DNA from: Patescibacteria group bacterium
Lineage (GTDB): Bacteria > Patescibacteriota > Patescibacteriia > Patescibacteriales > UBA12465
DNA: 64,000 bases
Direction: 5' to 3'
NCBI GenBank assembly: GCA_041650715.1
Contig: JBAZKQ010000001.1
Location: 454,945 to 518,944, forward strand
Below the pieces are notes generated by a model that was not told the origin of the DNA, made no database searches, and saw nothing but the letters and a program-made list of their open reading frames with translations. Position numbers and translations under genes: made by a program. Positions 17,552-25,634 of the stretch are shown in pieces. Every line of letters starts with the position of its first letter. Positions within the stretch are counted from its first letter, which is position 1.

Positions 17552-18406
17552 TCAATTCATCACATTACCGGTGAATTTTACACCAGCGGGAAAATGACTT
17601 ACAAAAACTTCTTTAATTTCCGGAAGCAATTCATCCCAGCTGAATGCTTTTCCCTTTTCAAGATTAAAATCATATGTATTTTTATGATCCATACATAAGG
17701 GAAAGGGTTCGCCGGCCATTTGAGTGGAAATACCATTAATTTCGAAAAGTGCTCTTCCCAGATCTAAATGCTTTATAGTTTGTACCTTTAGGTTGAACGT
17801 CAAGACATGTCGATTTGGTACCAACTCAACTATAACGGTCTGTTGTTCAAAAAGCCATTTGTATTCCCTGTTCAGACGGAGAAAAATAAATCTCAGTATT
17901 GAATCCTGCAAATCATCAAACTTACTGGCGGCTGATTTGGTAATCAATAATTCATGTGATTTACTGAAATCCAGATCCGTCAATTGCGGAACGTAATTTT
18001 GCATCGCCTTTAGTGTAAAGGCACTAAACATGTGCGGTAATGAAGTGGCGAAGATTAGTTGATCCTTATCTCTTTCTTTTCTGTTGGAGCGGCCTTTGAG
18101 AACCCTGATGCTGAAACTCCTGTTTTTAATATTGTAAAAAAGATTGCTTTCCTTTTCATCAACAATAAAGTCTCCCGGATCGACAGAAATAATTTTTTCC
18201 TCTTTTGTCTCATTAACGGGAACGTCCAAAACGAGAGGCTTGGGGCTAATTTCTACGGGAACTTCGGCGCTAATCTCTACTTTCTTTTTGTTAGAAATGT
18301 TGAGACGCTGCATGATCCGATAAAATAGGTCAGTACAACTTTTAATAAACCCGGCCCAGGTTAACGACTGGAACCACAAAACTAACTTACTTGATGATGT
18401 TTTCAT
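17552..18406 (-). CDS. Hypothetical protein
   Basis: 284-aa ORF preceded by a long structured 5' UTR. A terminator (AGAGCCCU.../AGGGCUCU plus U5) lies at about 17508-17545. Confidence 0.5.
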   Translation of the reverse strand: MKTSSSKLVLWFQSLTWAGFIKSCTDLFYRIMQRLNISNKKKVEISAEVPVEISPKPLVLDVPVNETKEEKIISVDPGDFIVDEKESNLFYNIKNRSFSIRVLKGRSNRKERDKDQLIFATSLPHMFSAFTLKAMQNYVPQLTDLDFSKSHELLITKSAASKFDDLQDSILRFIFLRLNREYKWLFEQQTVIVELVPNRHVLTFNLKVQTIKHLDLGRALFEINGISTQMAGEPFPLCMDHKNTYDFNLEKGKAFSWDELLPEIKEVFVSHFPAGVKFTGNVMN

Positions 18407-18538
18407 TTGTTAAAGTACCATTTTTGAGTCCCAGTACCATACGGGACTATTCTTACGACCGCCGCAAGAACGCGGATTTGATTGCTTCGCAGCCATTAAG
18501 GGTATTTTCTTTGCCCCATAATTCCAACCATTAGGAAT
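18407..18538 (-). promoter_or_regulatory. Structured ~130-nt 5' leader of unknown class
   Basis: It lies between the promoter at 18545-18573 and the ATG at 18406 and is more GC-rich than its flanks. Hairpins are AUUCC/GGAAU, GCU-GCGA-AGC, CCGC-GUUCUU-GCGG and AGUCCC-GUAUGGUACU-GGGACU. AUGGUAC occurs twice. Confidence 0.35.
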
Positions 18539-18544
18539 GACACC

Positions 18545-18573
18545 ATAATATCATATAATATGATAATTGTCAA
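18545..18573 (-). promoter_or_regulatory. Consensus sigma-70 promoter
   Basis: Minus strand reads TTGACA-17-TATTAT. Confidence 0.6.
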
Positions 18574-18613
18574 TATCTGGATAAAAGGGTATTAATTTAG
18601 TCGATTACAGCCA

Positions 18614-18642
18614 TTGACAAAACTAATAAATACTGTTATACT
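18614..18642 (+). promoter_or_regulatory. Consensus sigma-70 promoter of the HNH gene
   Basis: TTGACAAAACTAATAAATACTGTTATACT (TTGACA-17-TATACT). Its first 15 nt match the module at 15684 and 16789. Confidence 0.65.
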
Positions 18643-18660
18643 GCCCAGTTAATTAAATTT

Positions 18661-19143
18661 ATGCTTACTATTTTATTCTTAATCGCTATTTCCTCAATTG
18701 TTTTTGGCTATTCTCTGCCCGGCCGAAAAAATAGCTTAATTCAATTTAGCGTCGATCTAAGTGACGCTTGTTTTGCGAATCATTATCATATTCAATACTC
18801 GGAGCTTTACGATACCCTGGAAAAAGAAAAGGAAATCTTCGATATCTTGGCTAAGACGGAAACCTATAAAATGAAGGGCTACGTTTACTTTAGCGGCACC
18901 CTTATTTCTGTCCACCGCTGGATAATGGAGGAATATATCCTTAAACACGAAATGCGCCCCGGCCAAGTAGTCCATCACATCAACGGCGACAAAGCAGATA
19001 ATAGAATTAAAAATCTTCAGCTTTTCAATTCTCAAGAGGAGCATAGTCAACATCACCAAAATATCCAGAATAATTTTGGTACCTGGTATATTCGAATGCC
19101 GGAGTATGCAAATTATCAGAAATTCCTGGAATACGCTTTATAA
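18661..19143 (+). CDS. HNH endonuclease (free-standing, homing-type)
   Basis: VVHHINGDKADNRIKNLQLFNSQEEHSQHH is an H-N-H core. Decayed copies lie at 15707 and 20305. Confidence 0.8.
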   Translation: MLTILFLIAISSIVFGYSLPGRKNSLIQFSVDLSDACFANHYHIQYSELYDTLEKEKEIFDILAKTETYKMKGYVYFSGTLISVHRWIMEEYILKHEMRPGQVVHHINGDKADNRIKNLQLFNSQEEHSQHHQNIQNNFGTWYIRMPEYANYQKFLEYAL

Positions 19144-19189
19144 TTTAATGAGTGTATACACAAAAACGAGCCTGACTGGCTCGTTTTTT
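19128..19189. repeat. HNH 3' end plus bidirectional terminator (copy 2 of 3, the intact one)
   Basis: ACGAGCC-TGAC-TGGCTCGT hairpin flanked by A5 and T9. It is shared by the convergent genes ending at 19143 and 19190. Confidence 0.75.
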
Positions 19190-19654
19190 TTATAAAGAGA
19201 AATCTTCAATAACAATCTTTTTCGTCTTCATCAGCTTGGCAAAAGCATCGGGACGCTTCATTAATTCTTCCATATTCTTAGGTACCACCTGCCAACTCAG
19301 CCCATATTTATCTTTGAGCCAGCCGCACTGTTCTGATTCCGGTACTGCAGACAGTTTTTCCCAGTAGTAATCAATTTCTTTCTGGTTATCGCAGGGGATT
19401 AAAAAGGAAACCGATTCATTGAACTTAAACTCGGGGCCAGCGTTAATGGCCGTGAAGCGATTACCACTTAGTTCAAAATCTATCGATAAGACCTTGCCCG
19501 CCAGATTAAGTTGAAAATCAGCCAAACCTTCCGCGGCACTCTTTGGATAATAGACTGTTGAGATAACTTTACTGTTCGGAAATACTGAAATATAAAAATC
19601 GACTGCCTCTTTGGCCTTACCGTCAAACCAAAGATTGGGTGTAATATTTTTCAT
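19190..19654 (-). CDS. VOC/PhnB-like (3-demethylubiquinone-9 3-methyltransferase domain) protein
   Basis: ITPNLWFDGKAKEAVDFYISVF...CGWLKDKYGLSWQVVP. Confidence 0.75.
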   Translation of the reverse strand: MKNITPNLWFDGKAKEAVDFYISVFPNSKVISTVYYPKSAAEGLADFQLNLAGKVLSIDFELSGNRFTAINAGPEFKFNESVSFLIPCDNQKEIDYYWEKLSAVPESEQCGWLKDKYGLSWQVVPKNMEELMKRPDAFAKLMKTKKIVIEDFSL

Positions 19655-19673
19655 ATAAATTTTACTTAATTAT

Positions 19674-19820
19674 TTAAACTACTTTTTTCCCCTGGATTAG
19701 GTGCACGATGATAACAATGAGGGCGATAACTAATAAAATATGGATGAAGCCGCCCAAAGTATAGGAAGTAATTACGCCCAATAACCAGAGAGCAATCAAA
19801 ATTATCGCAATTGTCCACAT
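19674..19820 (-). CDS. lmo0937-family small membrane protein (48 aa, below the ORF-track cutoff)
   Basis: MWTIAIILIALWLLGVITSYTLGGFIHILLVIALIVIIVHLIQGKKVV. ATG at 19820 and TAA at 19676-19674. Confidence 0.65.
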   Translation of the reverse strand: MWTIAIILIALWLLGVITSYTLGGFIHILLVIALIVIIVHLIQGKKVV

Positions 19821-19834
19821 ATATTTATAATTAT

Positions 19835-20041
19835 TTAATTATCTTTTTTTATATTAACTTTTTTGTTTTTCACTGGCGGGACTTTATAGCCTTTTTGCCT
19901 TGCCTCGGAAATACCGATAGCGACCGCCTGCTGACGACTTTTTACAACCCGACCAGTGCTCCCGCTTTTTAATTCCCCACGCTCATATTCTTTCATTACT
20001 TTAGTTATTTTATTTTTTGCCTTTGGTCCGTATTTTGCCAT
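19835..20041 (-). CDS. Small basic conserved hypothetical protein
   Basis: MAKYGPKAKNKITKVMKEYERGELKSGSTGRVVKSRQQAVAIGISEARQKGYKVP. Confidence 0.55.
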   Translation of the reverse strand: MAKYGPKAKNKITKVMKEYERGELKSGSTGRVVKSRQQAVAIGISEARQKGYKVPPVKNKKVNIKKDN

Positions 20042-20304
20042 ATATATTTATATTTACTTTTGATTTGTTTTACGAAACCGGTCTGAAAGGCCCTCGATAT
20101 AGTCCGGAAATGGTCACAAACTACTTTATTATTACGAATTTAAATGTAAATTTGTCACTTTAAGGTCGCCTATTTTTAAAATGTAATTTATTATAGCTTT
20201 TGCAATAAAAAAATAGACTAATATTAGTCTATCTTATGATTGTAGCGAGTAGTAGATGAGGTTAGAAAGAATGCGGCTAATAATAGATAAGATTTTAAAC
20301 TCTG

Positions 20305-20508
20305 AATTTTAGTTTTTTTTGGCTATTCTCTGCCCAGCCGAAAATCTTTTATATCCTGGCCAAAATGTAAACCAATAAAATGTATGGGTATTTTTAGTGC
20401 TTGGTATATTCGAATGCCAGAGTATGCGAATTATCAGAAGTTCCTGGACTATGCTTTATAATTTAATGAGTGCATAAAAAAACGAGCCTGGCGAGCTTGT
20501 TTTTTTTA
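20305..20508 (+). pseudogene. Decayed HNH endonuclease copy with internal deletions removing the catalytic core
   Basis: Collinear blocks match 18693-18730, about 18841-18890 and 19083-19189, including the terminator. The HNH motif region is absent and no intact ORF remains. Confidence 0.75.
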
Positions 20509-20570
20509 TTAAGTAGATTTTTTAGCTAGTACCAAAAATTTACTTAAGTCTTTTAGATTTATCATAATTC

Positions 20571-21116
20571 TTAGTTTATAACATAATCCCACCCGGGTTT
20601 CCAAGCTTTGATCTTTCGCCAATCATCAGCAAAAGCCTGTTCCCATGTTTTATTTTTTAATAATACATCTAAAGCTAATTGTGGCGCCTTATGCGCAACA
20701 ATAGCGATAGACTTATCATCATAATTTTCTTTTAGAAAACCAATAAAACTTTGCAGTCTTTCTCTAACATCTTCATAGGACTCGCCTTCAGGAAATCTGT
20801 CGATAATATTTTTCTCTTGCATTGGCTCAACAATATCCGAAGAACTGCCATTAAACTTGCCGTAATTGCACTCTCTTAATCTTTTATCAGAAATAATTTC
20901 TATTTTATCTTTGAATGTCAGTTCGGCTGATTGCACCGCTCGTTTTAAATCTGAACAAAATACGACATCAAAATGCCGATCTTTAATTTGATCGATTAAA
21001 TCAATTGACTGTTTAATACCTTTTTCAGAAAGCCCAACATCAGACCAACCGGAAGAAATATTTCTTTCGTTGTCAGTCGTAGTGCCGTGAACAAAATAGG
21101 TAATTTTTACACTCAT
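20571..21116 (-). CDS. Histidine phosphatase (phosphoglycerate mutase-like) family protein
   Basis: ITYFVHGTTTDNE...GWSDVGLSEKGIKQ...RLRECNYG...IVAHKAP. The usual RHG is VHG here. Confidence 0.65.
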   Translation of the reverse strand: MSVKITYFVHGTTTDNERNISSGWSDVGLSEKGIKQSIDLIDQIKDRHFDVVFCSDLKRAVQSAELTFKDKIEIISDKRLRECNYGKFNGSSSDIVEPMQEKNIIDRFPEGESYEDVRERLQSFIGFLKENYDDKSIAIVAHKAPQLALDVLLKNKTWEQAFADDWRKIKAWKPGWDYVIN

Positions 21117-21120
21117 ATTT

Positions 21121-21777
21121 TTATTTACGATTAATGATTACCTCACTCACCTCCATATTTTTCGGTAAATCTAGCGTCTGTTTTAAGGCTAAAGCCACAT
21201 CCTCAGCTTTCATCCAGCCACTGCCGTCTCCAGTATTGTCTACCCCCGTTGCCTTGGCAAATAACTTTGTCTTAAAACCACCTGGGCAAAAACTTATTAC
21301 TCTCGATTTAGTTCCCTTTAATTCAAGCTGCAAATTAGCGCTAAAACCACGCATTGCCCATTTAGACGCGCCATAAATTGCCTGATCAGTATAACCCTTG
21401 AAGCCAACCGTCGACGCCACATTAACAATATCGGCTTCGTCTGTTTTTATTCTTTCAATTAAATTGGAGACCAGTAGTATGGCCGCTTTAACATTGACGG
21501 ACATGAGGCGATCAAATTCGGCGCCGGTAATTTCCCCGAGCTTTTGTACGGACATCACAGCAGCACAATTAATAAGCGCCTCTATTTTTTCGTCAATTTT
21601 TAATATTTCCTGCACGGTCTTTTTTATTTCTGATTCATTTGCTAAATCGCAAAGAAGATTAAGCGAAGCAAACTCCGATTTACGGCGCGATATATTTACA
21701 ACCGTTTTCCCCGATTCTTTATAAAGCTTGGTGAGTTGTAATCCTAAACCATCACTAGCCCCGGTAATGATAATCAT
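21121..21777 (-). CDS. Short-chain dehydrogenase/reductase (SDR)
   Basis: IIITGASDGLGLQL (TGxxxGxG) and YGASKWAMRGF (YxxxK). Confidence 0.85.
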   Translation of the reverse strand: MIIITGASDGLGLQLTKLYKESGKTVVNISRRKSEFASLNLLCDLANESEIKKTVQEILKIDEKIEALINCAAVMSVQKLGEITGAEFDRLMSVNVKAAILLVSNLIERIKTDEADIVNVASTVGFKGYTDQAIYGASKWAMRGFSANLQLELKGTKSRVISFCPGGFKTKLFAKATGVDNTGDGSGWMKAEDVALALKQTLDLPKNMEVSEVIINRK

Positions 21778-21859
21778 AATAGTCCTATTAATTTTATATA
21801 ATAATATTATAGCCCAATTATTGGTAAAAATAAAAGAAGAACGGCTAGTTTGGACAATT

Positions 21860-21891
21860 AAAAAACCCTGAAACTATATTAGTTCCAGGGT
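21860..21891 (-). terminator. Intrinsic terminator, copy 2 of a twin
   Basis: Minus strand reads GACCCUGGAAC-UAAUAUA-GUUUCAGGGUU followed by U6. It is near-identical to 15083-15115. Confidence 0.7.
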
Positions 21892-21908
21892 CAAATTAAT
21901 TTTGTTCG

Positions 21909-22298
21909 TTAATTCCAACTTAAACTTTTCAAGTTTCCAATATGAAAGTTTAATAGATAAGGCGCAACCAAAGTCATGACGTAATTCTTAAATAACGTTT
22001 CTTGATCATAATCTACAATATTATTCCATTCTTTTTCATCCCAGAAGCGGATTGTAATCACGGTCTGCCCATGAACAAAATAGATAATAATCCCCTTTTC
22101 ATCGTTAATTATTAACTCTTTTTCTTCTTGGACAGTTTTACTCTTACCAAGCAGGCCCATGATTCCAGCCACTTTTACTCTCTGCGGAGCGGACAGATAA
22201 TTTATGGTTACGGAGGTTACTTTCTTTTTCGAAATTTGATCTAAAGGAAGCTCCTCTCCATTGCATAAAAATGTTGGCATTTTTTCAAAAATTTCCAT
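21909..22298 (-). CDS. Hypothetical protein
   Basis: 129-aa ORF with its own TTGACA-17-TATAGT promoter. Confidence 0.5.
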   Translation of the reverse strand: MEIFEKMPTFLCNGEELPLDQISKKKVTSVTINYLSAPQRVKVAGIMGLLGKSKTVQEEKELIINDEKGIIIYFVHGQTVITIRFWDEKEWNNIVDYDQETLFKNYVMTLVAPYLLNFHIGNLKSLSWN

Positions 22299-22342
22299 AC
22301 TGCTATTTTTAAAGGTCGATTAACTATTTTATCAATAAAGAA

Positions 22343-22371
22343 ACTATATCATATATTTATTAAATTGTCAA
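22343..22371 (-). promoter_or_regulatory. Consensus sigma-70 promoter
   Basis: Minus strand reads TTGACA-17-TATAGT. Confidence 0.6.
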
Positions 22372-22470
22372 TAGAGAAAGGTAATGTGCACACACATATG
22401 GCAGTTTTCCAGCCAATATGCCAAAATTTGGCTATATTTAAGCACATTGCCCCCTATTATTGACTTATTA

Positions 22471-22499
22471 TTGACTTTTTATTTAAAATATGTTATATT
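22471..22499 (+). promoter_or_regulatory. Sigma-70 promoter of the radical-SAM gene
   Basis: TTGACT-17-TATATT, preceded by a second TTGACT 11 nt upstream. Confidence 0.55.
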
Positions 22500-22543
22500 T
22501 AGAGGAATTTAGTCCTTTACCAACTCTATAAAATCCATCTGAA

Positions 22544-24484
22544 ATGAAAAAAATAAACCCCTTTTTCCGCATTTTTTTGGCCTTCGTAACTATTTTTGCC
22601 TTGCTCTTAATTAACTTCTCTTTTACTTTCTCGCGAAAGTATATCGAAGTTAAGGGATTAGATAGAGCGGATTTAGGTACTTCGGCTTGTATGTGTGTAC
22701 AACTGCCAGGCAAAGAGGCAATATCGATTCGAAGCGAAAAAAATATCCGCTTTTACGACGTTGACTCTTGCCGAGTCGGCATACGCCTTCCGGGATATTT
22801 TAATCCAAATTCGGAAGACGGTGCACCAATGTATTCTCATTTCCCCAAAAGGGATATGACGGTAAAATTCCAATTAATCGAGTATGTATTACCGCAACCA
22901 ATCCGTATAACAGAAAGTAAAAATAATAATCACAAAGATTTTACTTTACGTTTTATGGCGGTGTCCGCACCTCAATGGGTTTCGTCCGGGAACATATCCA
23001 GTAGCTATGCTCTTGATAGTCGAACGCCCTTTAGCCTCCAGAATGCTGTCAGGCTTGGAGCGAGAGACGCACTTTCTGGGGCAAGTATCTGGTCGCAATC
23101 TAATTGGTCTCAGAGACATCTGCTTGAAGATTCAGTATTTCTGATGAATTATTTCGATGAAGAAAAATCTGTGTTTACTTATAAATTAATTTCAGTAAAA
23201 CCACAGATTCTATTTATTGGATCCATGACTCTTCCCTTTCCAGGAGCTATCGAATTAGCTAAGATTGCTAAGCAAAAACTGGGAAATAATGTATTTATAG
23301 TTCTCGGCGGCAAGCATGCTATTGAGACTGTGTACTTTTCCCAAGGTGAGATTAATCACCATCCCGGTTCACCCGCATTACTAATGCAGCAAGGTGATAT
23401 CCCTCAGGTATTTGATTTAGTTGTTTCTGGCGATGGCGAGGAGGTAATTCAAAAGATTGGCGATGTTATTGGTGACGATGTCCTCTGCGGGCGTAATATT
23501 CAAAACTTCTCAGTCTATCAAGAATACTTCAAAACCCTTCGCGGAAATTTCCTCCTTTCCTGGATTGACCAAGGAAAAATCCAAACACTGAAAAGCCAAA
23601 ACAAGTCTCTTGATTACAGCTCCTTAACTTCTCCTGTTTCGCTCTTCGGCGTTAATTCGCAATTCCCTGTTTTCGGAAAAGAATTTACCGCTCACGTTTA
23701 CAGTGATATGGGAAAAGGATGCTTGTGCAATTGTTTCTTCTGCTCGGAGGGATCAAGAATTAATGGTCCCATTATTCAATCAGGTAGCCCGGCTCGCAGA
23801 CTCTACCAGCAACTGAAAGATGCCAGCGAACAAAACGTTTCTATGAGCGCTTTCGTCGAAGATTCTATTCTTCTCATGGGACTACCGAGACATCTTAACG
23901 AGTTGGCTAATCTGCTCGAAGAGAGACCACTTGATATCATCTTTGGCGGTCAATTCACAGTAGATAATTTACTCAATCCAAAAATTCAAGAAGCGATAAT
24001 AAGGCTGAAGAAACTTGGCTTGGTTTATATCTACACCGGCATGGAAACGATAAATGAGGATATGGCTACTCAAATGAGTAAAAATAGTGACAAGAAAAAC
24101 TCCTGGCTCGAAAGAACCGAAAAAGCAGTTTCCTTTGTCAGTAGTCTTGGTCTAAAACATGGTTTGTCCATACTTTGGGGTTTGGGCGAAACTCAAAGAA
24201 ACCGCTCAGAGCAACTTAATGTCATTTCATTATGGCAAACAAAGTACAGTAATCCGGTCGTAGTCAGTCCAAATTGGGCAACCCAACATCCCCTGTTCAA
24301 TCAGTCTACCTTCAACTATGTCGACTGGGGTACAGCCAGAAAGAGTCCCTATCTTCCCTACTTCATCCAATTGTTCGGAGAAGCCTCAGAAGAGTACCAA
24401 CTAGCCAACGCCAATCTTCCGACTATAGAAGAACTAAAAGAGCTGCGAAGTAAATTCACAGCTCTCAATATTCAAAATGTTTAA
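22544..24484 (+). CDS. B12-binding-domain radical SAM protein with a ~200-aa N-terminal extension
   Basis: CLCNCFFC (Cx3Cx2C) cluster motif. A Rossmann-like B12-type domain lies upstream (ILFIGSMTLPFPGAIELAKIAKQKLGNNVFIVLGGKHA). The N-terminus has a hydrophobic segment plus about 180 aa of unrecognised sequence. Confidence 0.8.
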   Translation: MKKINPFFRIFLAFVTIFALLLINFSFTFSRKYIEVKGLDRADLGTSACMCVQLPGKEAISIRSEKNIRFYDVDSCRVGIRLPGYFNPNSEDGAPMYSHFPKRDMTVKFQLIEYVLPQPIRITESKNNNHKDFTLRFMAVSAPQWVSSGNISSSYALDSRTPFSLQNAVRLGARDALSGASIWSQSNWSQRHLLEDSVFLMNYFDEEKSVFTYKLISVKPQILFIGSMTLPFPGAIELAKIAKQKLGNNVFIVLGGKHAIETVYFSQGEINHHPGSPALLMQQGDIPQVFDLVVSGDGEEVIQKIGDVIGDDVLCGRNIQNFSVYQEYFKTLRGNFLLSWIDQGKIQTLKSQNKSLDYSSLTSPVSLFGVNSQFPVFGKEFTAHVYSDMGKGCLCNCFFCSEGSRINGPIIQSGSPARRLYQQLKDASEQNVSMSAFVEDSILLMGLPRHLNELANLLEERPLDIIFGGQFTVDNLLNPKIQEAIIRLKKLGLVYIYTGMETINEDMATQMSKNSDKKNSWLERTEKAVSFVSSLGLKHGLSILWGLGETQRNRSEQLNVISLWQTKYSNPVVVSPNWATQHPLFNQSTFNYVDWGTARKSPYLPYFIQLFGEASEEYQLANANLPTIEELKELRSKFTALNIQNV

Positions 24485-24496
24485 TTAAGTGTTCCC

Positions 24497-24526
24497 AGCG
24501 ATACTCTAACCGGTATCGCTTTTTTA
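24497..24526 (+). terminator. Intrinsic terminator of the radical-SAM gene
   Basis: AGCGATAC-tctaaccg-GTATCGCT followed by T5. Confidence 0.7.
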
Positions 24527-24528
24527 TT

Positions 24529-25632
24529 TTATAAAAGAGTAACAAGTTGTTTTAGTTGCTCGGCGGTCGTTTGCGGCGTTAGTGATACTCTGAGCCCTGA
24601 TATTTCAGGCTCCTTAATACTATAACCGATATTGGAGGAAATTATATACCCTGATTTACGTAAATCATTGATTTTTTTCTCTACCAAGCTTCTCTTCCAG
24701 GGGATAATAGCGATATGTGGCGCCTGGGCTTTTTCTTCTAAAACTGAAAGGTTTTTAGTTTTTAAAAATAGCTTTAACTCATTCCTGTGCTTGCTTGTTA
24801 TTTTAGGATTAATAATGAGCTTTTTTAGAGCAGAAATAGATGAATAAACTTCACGGCAAAATTTAATTGGATCAATGCTCCAAACATTTATTAAAAAATT
24901 ATTAATTAACGCTTTACTAACCCAACAGAAAGCAACGAGTGGTTCAGCGCCAATAAACTTTGAACTGGTCCCGATATATACATCCGAGAGACTTTTAGCT
25001 TTAACCGGCATGGCCCCAATAGCCTGGGCGCCGTCAACTATAATGATATTATTTGGATTAATTTTCTTAATTTCTCTATACAGTTTCTGACTGGCAATAA
25101 TTTCACCAGTTAAGCGCGAAACATGGGAAAATATTATAATAGCATCCTTCCTGCCTATTTTTTTGGCTGGATTATTAATCAAATCAGCGGGATCAATAAT
25201 ATTAATTTTCCTTTTGATAAATGCGACTTCTTCTTGCCTGGCGTAGTTGGGATAAGTAGTTTCGTGAGTTGGCAAAGTCCCAATTTTAAAAAGGGTCTTG
25301 AACCATCTTATTTCGTGTGAACAAATATATATCTCGTAATTAGTCTTATTTAATATCGGCAAAAGAACATTAATAAGCGAGGTCGTAATATTTTGCGAAA
25401 AAGCTAAAAAGTCATTAGGAGTAGCCCCTAAAATTTTTCTGATTTCTTTTTCAAGTATTTTAGAATTATTAAGCGCAGAGCGGCGACTGATTTTTTCAGT
25501 AATCATCGGTGGCCTAATGCCTTCCGCTTGGTTTAGATAAATTGGGGTCATATTAACTAAATTTAATAACGTTAGAATTGATATTTTATTTAATAAACTT
25601 ATTTTTAAAATTCCGAGTTTAAGGGGACGCAA
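24529..25632 (-). CDS. Class V (cysteine desulfurase/IscS-fold) PLP aminotransferase-like protein
   Basis: IIIVDGAQAIGAMPV and GTSSKFIGAEP (PLP-Lys region). The homology-consistent start is MTPIYLNQAEG at 25551. The longest ORF starts 2 nt after the upstream stop. Confidence 0.7.
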   Translation of the reverse strand: MRPLKLGILKISLLNKISILTLLNLVNMTPIYLNQAEGIRPPMITEKISRRSALNNSKILEKEIRKILGATPNDFLAFSQNITTSLINVLLPILNKTNYEIYICSHEIRWFKTLFKIGTLPTHETTYPNYARQEEVAFIKRKINIIDPADLINNPAKKIGRKDAIIIFSHVSRLTGEIIASQKLYREIKKINPNNIIIVDGAQAIGAMPVKAKSLSDVYIGTSSKFIGAEPLVAFCWVSKALINNFLINVWSIDPIKFCREVYSSISALKKLIINPKITSKHRNELKLFLKTKNLSVLEEKAQAPHIAIIPWKRSLVEKKINDLRKSGYIISSNIGYSIKEPEISGLRVSLTPQTTAEQLKQLVTLL

Positions 25633-25634
25633 AC

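Noticed and set aside
22483-22713. 76-aa minus-strand ORF overlapping the start of the radical-SAM gene
   Set aside because: It overlaps the plus-strand promoter and the first 170 nt of the radical-SAM ORF. It has no promoter or start context of its own, so it is probably spurious.
22544-24484. Prokaryotic viperin-like antiviral radical SAM enzyme, considered because of proximity to defence genes
   Set aside because: Viperins are about 300 aa, have the CxxxCxxC motif near the N-terminus and have no B12-type domain. This protein is 646 aa with a B12-binding-like domain, and its cluster motif lies about 395 aa in.
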